IMG/VR virus record: IMGVR_UViG_3300042298_003052
Span: 64,001 to 128,000 of that record
Source: a virus
DNA length: 64,000 nt
Strand: one strand, 5' to 3'
The translations under genes were made by a program, and so were the position numbers. The notes beneath the pieces were generated by a model. The model saw nothing but the letters and a program-made list of their open reading frames with translations. It ran no database searches and was not told the DNA's origin. Shown in pieces: positions 19,518 through 27,102 of this stretch (positions are counted from its first letter, which is position 1; every line of letters begins with the position of its first letter).

Positions 19518-20885
19518 TCATCCAAAACGGGTTCTTAGAAAATCCCCATTGAGTTGAACGAATTTTTCTTTTGCTTCTTCTTCCTGAACTTCTATAGGTT
19601 TACTAGGTTGACTAACTGGGTTTAATCCAGGGATACCATCAAAGTTTACCCAACTAGGCCATGCTATTTCAACAAAGGGACGTTCTTCACACCATTCTTC
19701 ATATCCATAGTTCAATGTATATTCAAGTCCTATGGCGTATATAATCTGTTCAGCAATGATAGATCGCGCATGTGCGATCGTTCTACCATAGGATATAGCA
19801 GGTAAATTACCTAGTTCTTTACTTGCACCTTGAACAATACCTAGTCCTGCAATAAGAGGTACAGGAACCGTAGGTAGCATACAAGAATACCGTGTCTGCA
19901 TATAGTAATCCATAAGTCCTTTCAAAGAAGGATTGGCTTCACTACTGCGTCTAATGTCACTACCATGAGGTAGATAGACGTGACTTATGTAACCTTGACC
20001 ACTTGCTAAGTTGGCCTCGAATTCGCTTCTGTAATTTTGTAAATAAGTATTATCGTGTTGTTCACCACAGGTGTGTATCCAAAAGGCCAGTGATTCTCCT
20101 GCCGATCGCTCTAAAAGAATACTGGCATCTTTCATTTTACGCCAACTTTCTATTTGTGCGAAACACGCTGGGAATCCATAACGTTGTCGCATACCATAAG
20201 AGAACTGTAATATACGAGCTGTATCATAACCTCCCCAAATGCGATCGCTTTCAGAAGATTGTGTTCTTACTTGTTGTCGATAACTAATTAATTTCCCTGT
20301 TTCATCCTCTTCTACAAACATCGACCATGCTGGTAGATAATTAGATCGCTCAATGTACCATCGTCCTGCACCATCGTTTTGGATGCTTAATTCCATAAAA
20401 GCATCACCTCTACCATACGCCCCGTATACAGCTTGTTCGAGGCGTTGAGCACCAAGTACAGGATCTCTACCAGAATATCTATTGGATAAATCCCTTGCGA
20501 TTCCTATTACTCTATCGTTAGGAGAGCGTTCTAACAGTAAACCATCATCCCTTTTTGTTTTAACACGCCACGATTCAACACTACCATCAGATGACTGGAA
20601 ACAATTCTGACTGATAAGACGTAAACATGTTGTCATCTCAGGACTCCATGTTATCATCTCCTCACACTCTATGGCTAATGCTACATCACCGTAAAGTAAT
20701 CCTCGTATGGGTAACTCTACAATGTCCCATACTCTCGTTCTGTAAGTGTTGTGACCGACAGGACGAAGTTGATCTTGGCTTCCTATAAGATCAGCACCTT
20801 GAGAAGGTCTTCCACGCTTGCGAGAACGCGATCTGCCGTTGACTAAGTATAATAGATCGCTAACATTCTTGAAAAAAGAAGCCAT
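19518..20885 (-). CDS. Portal protein
   Basis: 455 aa; GRGDAFMEL, ILQFSYG..YGFP motifs; first gene of head module. Confidence 0.7.
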   Translation of the reverse strand: MASFFKNVSDLLYLVNGRSRSRKRGRPSQGADLIGSQDQLRPVGHNTYRTRVWDIVELPIRGLLYGDVALAIECEEMITWSPEMTTCLRLISQNCFQSSDGSVESWRVKTKRDDGLLLERSPNDRVIGIARDLSNRYSGRDPVLGAQRLEQAVYGAYGRGDAFMELSIQNDGAGRWYIERSNYLPAWSMFVEEDETGKLISYRQQVRTQSSESDRIWGGYDTARILQFSYGMRQRYGFPACFAQIESWRKMKDASILLERSAGESLAFWIHTCGEQHDNTYLQNYRSEFEANLASGQGYISHVYLPHGSDIRRSSEANPSLKGLMDYYMQTRYSCMLPTVPVPLIAGLGIVQGASKELGNLPAISYGRTIAHARSIIAEQIIYAIGLEYTLNYGYEEWCEERPFVEIAWPSWVNFDGIPGLNPVSQPSKPIEVQEEEAKEKFVQLNGDFLRTRFG

Positions 20886-20925
20886 TTATGTTAAACTCTC
20901 AATCGGAGTAATAAGATCAACCATT

Positions 20926-21075
20926 ATGGACATAAATAACTTAGTACAAACAGAGCCGATAAGTCTTGCCTTATTTTCTTTTTTATTGGGCACCATGTTA
21001 ACATTATCGCTAACCGTAAGTTTCACGTTCGTTTTTCTTTTACTTTTTAGAGATGATGAAACCCCTGACGAATGA
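20926..21075 (+). CDS. Small membrane protein
   Basis: MDINNL.. with long hydrophobic stretch. Confidence 0.4.
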   Translation: MDINNLVQTEPISLALFSFLLGTMLTLSLTVSFTFVFLLLFRDDETPDE

Positions 21076-21241
21076 TACTCTTGAATTGTTAGCAAGGAGT
21101 ATTGTATCACAATTATCCTTTCAACAATCTGTGCAAGTAGCTGTGTTGATTATTGCATATTGTTGGGGTTGTGGACGAAACGAAACAGAGTCCGTACTTG
21201 TTAAAGGAGTAAAGGAGTACTTCGATGGAAACTCAGACTGA
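21053..21241 (+). CDS. Hypothetical protein
   Basis: Overlapping operon. Confidence 0.5.
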   Translation: MMKPLTNDTLELLARSIVSQLSFQQSVQVAVLIIAYCWGCGRNETESVLVKGVKEYFDGNSD

Positions 21242-21482
21242 TATTTACGAAAGGTTAAGTAAAGTAGAATTAGAATTGACAGCATTAAAGAAAGTGATTT
21301 CTAAGAACATCAACGATAATAATTCTTTGCATAGAGACATATATGAAATAGCTACCGAAACCAACATAGCCCAATATGGATGTAGTATAGCTATTAGAAC
21401 ATTATTGGCGCGATTAGCTAAAGAATACGAGAACGATCGCGTCATATATCAATTTATACAAACTTTGTACGAATCTCTATGA
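21225..21482 (+). CDS. Hypothetical protein
   Basis: AAGGAG RBS; operon. Confidence 0.6.
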   Translation: METQTDIYERLSKVELELTALKKVISKNINDNNSLHRDIYEIATETNIAQYGCSIAIRTLLARLAKEYENDRVIYQFIQTLYESL

Positions 21483-21844
21483 CAAAGATCGCAACTATTG
21501 AACAAAATAATCCCAAAAAAAATAACTTGATGCCGTGTTTTGCGATCGTCCTGCAACGTATAAACGGTATGGATCGTTATACGGAAATAGGGAAAGCTAT
21601 AGCTGAGCGATCAGAATATCTCTATAACAAAAACGGTTTGTATATACAGCCTCAAAACGGTAAATCTCCGTATATTGACGGGTTTCAAAATTGTTTAGAT
21701 CTGCTATGTTACCTTGTTCAAGCTGTAACAGAAGCCCTTATAGCTAATGAAGATCAAGGAAAAATAGATGTACTCGAACGTTGCTTTCGTGCTACTCTAG
21801 AAATGGCTCTGATACTCTATGACAACGAGCAAAACAAATGTTGA
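21479..21844 (+). CDS. Hypothetical all-alpha protein
   Basis: ATGA overlap; operon. Confidence 0.6.
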   Translation: MTKIATIEQNNPKKNNLMPCFAIVLQRINGMDRYTEIGKAIAERSEYLYNKNGLYIQPQNGKSPYIDGFQNCLDLLCYLVQAVTEALIANEDQGKIDVLERCFRATLEMALILYDNEQNKC

Positions 21845-22050
21845 ACTACTTGGATCATTTAATTAAAACTACCACGTTGGAAAAAATCTCGTATTTGGTA
21901 AAAACATTTGGTAGAAAAGAATTGGAAGTTCTCTATCAAAAATTGAAAACTGTCACAAACTCGGACGACGAAGTGATAAATAAAAGTCGTGGAGAAATAG
22001 AAACAAAGGTGATAGAACTTTTCAAAAAGACAAAAAATGAAAAGTCCTAG
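21838..22050 (+). CDS. Hypothetical protein
   Basis: Operon overlap. Confidence 0.55.
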   Translation: MLNYLDHLIKTTTLEKISYLVKTFGRKELEVLYQKLKTVTNSDDEVINKSRGEIETKVIELFKKTKNEKS

Positions 22051-22267
22051 AAAAGCCTGGTGTATACATTACATTGGAAAGATTAAAGGTAAACACACGG
22101 CGTATAGAAAAGCTATAGCCATACAATACAAGGATGGTGCGATGTTACCTTACGGTATTGTCTTTTTTGCCAAACACGGGAAAAGAGATGGATACTACAT
22201 AACAAAATCGCTAAACGTTAATCCAATGTATGTAGATAGTAAAGAACTGTTTCTGACACCGCTATGA
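22037..22267 (+). CDS. Hypothetical protein
   Basis: Operon overlap. Confidence 0.5.
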   Translation: MKSPRKAWCIHYIGKIKGKHTAYRKAIAIQYKDGAMLPYGIVFFAKHGKRDGYYITKSLNVNPMYVDSKELFLTPL

Positions 22268-22884
22268 ACATAGTGAATCTGCCGCCTCTCCCAGTTCTTA
22301 TAAGATCTGAGTATTTAGAGAATGGTGACTCTAAAAGACTTATAAAAGCACGATTAGCCACTGTAAAAAGTGTGCCAGGAGAGGCGTTTAGATTTGAGGT
22401 GTATATACCAGAATACGGAGCGTTATATGACAAACTTCCAATAGAATGTATTCTGCACAAAGAAGGAAATAATTACTTACAAACAAACGAATTACAGTTA
22501 TGGGATTGTTTTGATAATTACATTAATGTGATTAAAAAAAGCGTTATAAACAATATAGATTGTATAGCCTATATAAGAAGCAAAAAGATGAGAGGTTATT
22601 ATGTTCTTACTATAGATAGTTATACCCCATCAGATAGACTATCTTTAAGTTATACAGAAGATCCAGAAGAACATAAAAGTTTTAATATGATCGCATTAAA
22701 TAACGGTCAATTTGCGCTTTTACCTAACAATAGAGTTCAGTTTGTAGACGCAAGTTTAAGTGGTAGCGATAATCCTCCCTTACCTAAATTCAAAGTGGCC
22801 TCCAAACGGTACTACTGTGAAGGAGGATCTATCGCTACCGATGATTGGTCATACAGACTAACTTCAGAGGAGTCTAGCAGCTAA
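22264..22884 (+). CDS. Conserved phage hypothetical protein
   Basis: NLPP..VLIRSEYL, LQLWDCF, EHKSFN..LNNGQFALLPNNR resembles a family recalled from aquatic phages. Confidence 0.65.
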   Translation: MNIVNLPPLPVLIRSEYLENGDSKRLIKARLATVKSVPGEAFRFEVYIPEYGALYDKLPIECILHKEGNNYLQTNELQLWDCFDNYINVIKKSVINNIDCIAYIRSKKMRGYYVLTIDSYTPSDRLSLSYTEDPEEHKSFNMIALNNGQFALLPNNRVQFVDASLSGSDNPPLPKFKVASKRYYCEGGSIATDDWSYRLTSEESSS

Positions 22885-24183
22885 TTCACTCAAAGGCGAT
22901 CGCTCTGTCTTACTCAATGTTATATGAGCAGAAAGATCGCTTTCTTTGAACCGTTCTACGACAAGACTTAACCCATTGCTACCACTATCTAAATAACTAC
23001 TATCTATTTGAGTAGGATCTCCAGATAGTATACATTTAGAACCTTCACCGATTCTAGTTAAAACGGTCTTCACTTCTGATGGACTCATATTCTGAGCTTC
23101 GTCTACCCATATATATTGTTCTGGTAGCGATCGTCCTCGTATGTGAGCAAGTGATTCAGCCTGTATAAGACCTTGTTCCTCTAGATCGTCATAAGCACTA
23201 CGTTTGGTCTTTTTGTCGTGCTTATAGTTACAAATCACATCAAGGTTGTCTTTGATCGGAGCTAACCAAGGTGTTAGTTTCTCACTTAATGATCCTGGTA
23301 AAAACCCTAAATCGTTCTTAGAGCCTCCCATAGGCATTGTAGGCTTGGAAACCAACATACGAGTATAAACACCCGCCTGTACCTTTGATAAGCCCACAGC
23401 TAAGGCCATAAGACTCTTACCTGTACCAGCAGCACCACTTATCGTTACAAGGGGTACAGAGTCATCTAAGAGTAAATGCAGGGCAAATGTTTGTTCTCTA
23501 TTTTTAGGAGTGATTCTACTAATTTGATCCAGCTTTGGTAACGCTCTGATCACTCCCTGTTTATAGATCGCTAGAACAGTATGAGAAGGATTCGCTACAT
23601 CTCGTACAGTTATACACTCGTTAGGGAAGTAAGGATCGTTTGTAACAATACCGCGATCAAATAACTGACTCATTTGATCTGCTGTCATAACGGTTTCTGA
23701 GTGACCATCATATAAATGTGTGTGGTCAATTTTCTCAGATCTGTAATCTTCTGTCTTTACACGAAGTCCACCCGCTTTTACACGGAGATTTATATCTTTA
23801 GTTACAAGAACAACTTGTTCATCACTCTTTTCTCGTAACTCAGTTAGATATTTGGCTGTGGCGAGTAGACAATTATCAACTTTATCTCTAGACAATTCAG
23901 CCGGTATCTTAGATATAATTTCTTGACTGATGACAGATATAATTAGTTTGCCACCGTTAGGTAAAGATACACCTTGAATTAAATCGCCTTGTTGACGTAA
24001 TTTATCAAGCTCCCTAGAAACGTGTCTTGCATTACGATTTAATACGCCATCTCCTGTTTTGAAAGAATCCAATTCTTCTAAAACACTTATACAAAGAACT
24101 ACAACATTATCATCAAACTTGTATATGGATAGGCTGTCATGCAATAGAACATTGGTATCTAGAACGTAATACTTTACCATCAT
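22864..24183 (-). CDS. phoH: PIN-PhoH (PhoH2-type) ATPase/RNase
   Basis: VLDTNVLL PIN; GAAGTGKS; HIRGRSL; DEAQN; GDPTQID; ERSPLSELAARLL. Confidence 0.92.
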   Translation of the reverse strand: MMVKYYVLDTNVLLHDSLSIYKFDDNVVVLCISVLEELDSFKTGDGVLNRNARHVSRELDKLRQQGDLIQGVSLPNGGKLIISVISQEIISKIPAELSRDKVDNCLLATAKYLTELREKSDEQVVLVTKDINLRVKAGGLRVKTEDYRSEKIDHTHLYDGHSETVMTADQMSQLFDRGIVTNDPYFPNECITVRDVANPSHTVLAIYKQGVIRALPKLDQISRITPKNREQTFALHLLLDDSVPLVTISGAAGTGKSLMALAVGLSKVQAGVYTRMLVSKPTMPMGGSKNDLGFLPGSLSEKLTPWLAPIKDNLDVICNYKHDKKTKRSAYDDLEEQGLIQAESLAHIRGRSLPEQYIWVDEAQNMSPSEVKTVLTRIGEGSKCILSGDPTQIDSSYLDSGSNGLSLVVERFKESDLSAHITLSKTERSPLSELAARLL

Positions 24184-24232
24184 TCACACAGATCGCATCG
24201 ATCTATATAATAATTGATTCAAACTCGTGCGA

Positions 24233-24406
24233 TCAAAAGGACGGATTTAGACAAAAAAAAAGACCCTTTTCAGGGTCACAATTGATACCTTTCTTAAGGC
24301 GTTCTACCAGTAATCGATGTGCTGCTAACCATGCTTGATGTTTGCGCGGCGTTTTCTTGCTCTTCCTTTGAGGTTCGCCACTTGCTTGCCAGTTAGGTTG
24401 TATCAT
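24233..24406 (-). CDS. Small basic hypothetical protein
   Basis: AGGAGG RBS before MIQPNWQ. Confidence 0.5.
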   Translation of the reverse strand: MIQPNWQASGEPQRKSKKTPRKHQAWLAAHRLLVERLKKGINCDPEKGLFFCLNPSF

Positions 24407-24424
24407 GGTATGTCCTCCTGTAGA

Positions 24425-24497
24425 AGCCGCCACCGAGACTCGAACTCGGAACCTTCGGTTTACAAAACCACTGCTCCACCGATTGAGCTATGGCGGC
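24425..24497 (-). tRNA. tRNA-Thr(UGU)
   Basis: Cloverleaf GCCGCCA/TGGCGGC, loop TTTGTAA, TTCGAGT T-loop; no CCA. Confidence 0.9.
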
Positions 24498-24560
24498 ATG
24501 ACCTGTGCAATACTATAGCACCTATGATATGATATCGACAACCAATTAGCTTAGGAACCA

Positions 24561-24761
24561 ATGGAAGAACTTACCTTAGAACAAGAACTTGAATTGGTCG
24601 TATTCGATAAAAAAGTCGATATGATGAGCGGCGATCAGGCCAGGGATTTATTAAAGAAAGTTCACAGAACCATGATAATCAGAGAAACAATGTATAAGAC
24701 TATACTGAAAAAAAGTCTGGGTGTAAAGGATTATCAACAAAACATTAATCGTCAACTATGA
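24561..24761 (+). CDS. nblA: Phycobilisome degradation protein NblA
   Basis: ELTLEQEL..F...V..MS.DQARDLL..M.IRETMYK.ILKK matches NblA pattern; 66 aa. Confidence 0.85.
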   Translation: MEELTLEQELELVVFDKKVDMMSGDQARDLLKKVHRTMIIRETMYKTILKKSLGVKDYQQNINRQL

Positions 24762-24991
24762 AAATTCAAATCTGTCCTGTTTGTGAAACTCGGGTTTTAG
24801 AAGGTAGATTTTATGTTAGTAGACCTGTTAAGAACGGTGAAACGTTCGAGCGGATCTATGATGTAGAGTTTCCACCAGATGTACAACACACACGTATTTG
24901 TCAGTACGCTAAGAAACAAGGATGTCTGAACACCTGTAAAGTTATTAATGAAAAGGAACTTTTTGAAAATCGAAATCTCGGAATTAATTAA
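24758..24991 (+). CDS. Small Cys-containing hypothetical protein
   Basis: CPVC..RICQY..GCLN; ATGA overlap with nblA. Confidence 0.6.
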   Translation: MKIQICPVCETRVLEGRFYVSRPVKNGETFERIYDVEFPPDVQHTRICQYAKKQGCLNTCKVINEKELFENRNLGIN

Positions 24992-24992
24992 A

Positions 24993-25406
24993 ATGTATCT
25001 GATCGCTAAGAATAAATATAGGTTTGATATACCTATTAGTCTTCAAAGAAACCATCTCCTAGATATATGGCATCTAGACAAAGCTCATTGGTTTACTTTG
25101 TGCGGTGTAAAAGTAAAAGAAGTTTTTTCAAAATCTTCTGAGTTAGTACGATTTAATCTAGAACGTTTTGGTCACACACAAGAAGTGACTATAGAACAAG
25201 ATCGCAACGTCACGAAAGTTAACGTGAATAACTGCATGTTAATCTTTACCATTGAGGAAGAGAAGGAAAATCATCACTTTCTGAATGTAGAAATGCGATC
25301 TGACTATAGAGTGCTGCGTATACTGTGGCCGATTATCCAGTTGGTGTTTCTATTGACGGTCATAGAAGACATCGTGTATTATAAAAAAAGTGAGACATTA
25401 GCTTAA
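24993..25406 (+). CDS. Hypothetical protein; stop codon lies inside tRNA-Lys
   Basis: ORF track (start trimmed to MYLIAK). Confidence 0.55.
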   Translation: MYLIAKNKYRFDIPISLQRNHLLDIWHLDKAHWFTLCGVKVKEVFSKSSELVRFNLERFGHTQEVTIEQDRNVTKVNVNNCMLIFTIEEEKENHHFLNVEMRSDYRVLRILWPIIQLVFLLTVIEDIVYYKKSETLA

Positions 25407-25462
25407 CGGTAAAGCACGGGGCTTTTAACCTCTTGATGGAAGTTCGATTCTTCCATGTCTCA
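25392..25462 (+). tRNA. tRNA-Lys(UUU)
   Basis: GAGACAT/ATGTCTC acceptor, loop CTTTTAA, TTCGATT T-loop. Confidence 0.85.
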
Positions 25463-25497
25463 TTCTCATTGAACAGTTAACAAAGGAGGACATAGAA

Positions 25498-25974
25498 ATG
25501 GTATCAATTAACAGAGATGTTTTGGAAGAACGTATTCTTGACTTTGAAGATGCGGTGACCGCCGCAGGTACAGAGTTTTACGGTATCGGACCACTGTTTG
25601 GGGATATTGTCCGCCACTGGCTGCAAAAACAAACTGGAGAAAGTGTAGAGCTGTTGGCTATTGCCCTCGCGATTGAAACGTGGCTACGCGATGACTTTGC
25701 TAAGCTCGTAGAGCAATACGCTAGTAGAGAGAAGTATGCAGGTTCCTTGGAGGGTAAAATCGACACTATTGTACGTGTAGCCAAAAATCGGCTCATTACA
25801 GCCAAAGAAGCCTGGTCTGAGGGTAGAGAGTTTTATTCCACTATCTATGGCCAACATCATGAGCTCAAGCGCAAGCTCATGAAGGAATCCTCCGACGAAG
25901 AGATAATGGATAGTATTCATGAAACGGCTGCTGAAAATAGAGATAACCGTAGGCTGATACGGGGACAAGGCTAA
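25498..25974 (+). CDS. Hypothetical protein
   Basis: AAGGAG RBS. Confidence 0.65.
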   Translation: MVSINRDVLEERILDFEDAVTAAGTEFYGIGPLFGDIVRHWLQKQTGESVELLAIALAIETWLRDDFAKLVEQYASREKYAGSLEGKIDTIVRVAKNRLITAKEAWSEGREFYSTIYGQHHELKRKLMKESSDEEIMDSIHETAAENRDNRRLIRGQG

Positions 25975-26024
25975 AGGCGCACTTTGAATAACGGAACAGA
26001 AATAAGGAAATAAAAAGCGGTTGT

Positions 26025-26053
26025 TTGAAAAGCGTCTCTATTTGTTCTATAAT
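26025..26053 (+). promoter_or_regulatory. Sigma70-type promoter for tRNA pair
   Basis: TTGAAA-17-TATAAT. Confidence 0.7.
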
Positions 26054-26067
26054 ACTTAAAAAAATAC

Positions 26068-26140
26068 CCAGGGTTGGCCGAGCGGATTAGGCAACGAACT
26101 CATAATTCGTCTTAGGTAGGTTCAACTCCTACACTCTGGA
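26068..26140 (+). tRNA. tRNA(CAU), Met or lysidine-Ile2
   Basis: CCAGGGT/ACTCTGG acceptor, loop CTCATAA. Confidence 0.88.
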
Positions 26141-26144
26141 CTTC

Positions 26145-26220
26145 CCTCTGCTGGGCTAATTGGACAAGCCACCACCCTTCTAAGGTGTTCATCATCCTGG
26201 TTCAAGTCCAGGGCAGAGGA
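26145..26220 (+). tRNA. tRNA-Arg(UCU)
   Basis: CCTCTGC/GCAGAGG acceptor, loop CTTCTAA, TTCAAGT T-loop. Confidence 0.85.
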
Positions 26221-26242
26221 TCAATCTATTAATCGCATAAAC

Positions 26243-26280
26243 AAAAAAAAAGATCGCAATTGGGTGACTCAATTGCGATC
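26243..26280 (-). terminator. Rho-independent terminator
   Basis: gatcgcaattg/caattgcgatc stem followed by a T run on minus strand. Confidence 0.65.
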
Positions 26281-26424
26281 CGGAAACCATGTTCTAAACC
26301 TAAAACTATTATAGACTAACTTTCTTCAAACGATCGCACTTTGTTACAATATCGTGCGAATTGGCCATAGGTCCAACCATTACGTTGGCACATCCAATTG
26401 CGATGAGCTTGTGCCCACATCTCG

Positions 26425-27069
26425 TCATTCGGATAATTCTCCCTTAGAGGAGCTGGATTTGTCAGGTCGAACAGAGTTTTTAGTACCATAGATGATTTTT
26501 AACTCACTCAATACAAATATATTACCATCTCTCTTAGCTTTACCGACTACATGACGACCGAATTTTAATCCTTTTGGTAACTTGAAATCTTCTGGTATGA
26601 CAACATTATAAAAATTAAAATCTTTGTTGCTGTGTCCTCTACGTCCTACATACAAAGCTAAAGATGTATCACTTGTGCTCTTACCGACACTAGCTTCAAA
26701 TTCTAGCCAGTCAACAGGACGATCGCGACCATCACCACAAGCAAACGGTACGATACCCTGAAATTTGTTCAATGCTTGAGGATAAACTGACCAGAGATGA
26801 TCCTCTTTGAAATACTTTTCTATATCCGCTAGAACTCTAGTAATAAAAGTAGAATCAGATCGCGCCAGATCCAAAACTCTAAATACTGATCCATCAGTGC
26901 ATCTAAACATCAAAGTGCGATCGCCCTTATCGTTAGGCAAAGATCGTACTAGCCTACCATTGAGCCATGCAACACATTTGAAGTCAATTTTGTTACCTTT
27001 TTTATAAGATGGCTTTTTAGAGCGATCTGCTTTTTGTTCAGGTGTTAGAATGACAGGTTTAGAGATCAT
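26425..27069 (-). CDS. Hypothetical protein
   Basis: AAGGA RBS; downstream of primase-helicase. Confidence 0.65.
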   Translation of the reverse strand: MISKPVILTPEQKADRSKKPSYKKGNKIDFKCVAWLNGRLVRSLPNDKGDRTLMFRCTDGSVFRVLDLARSDSTFITRVLADIEKYFKEDHLWSVYPQALNKFQGIVPFACGDGRDRPVDWLEFEASVGKSTSDTSLALYVGRRGHSNKDFNFYNVVIPEDFKLPKGLKFGRHVVGKAKRDGNIFVLSELKIIYGTKNSVRPDKSSSSKGELSE

Positions 27070-27102
27070 AAACGTCCTTTAATGTGCGATGGATAGAGTA
27101 TA

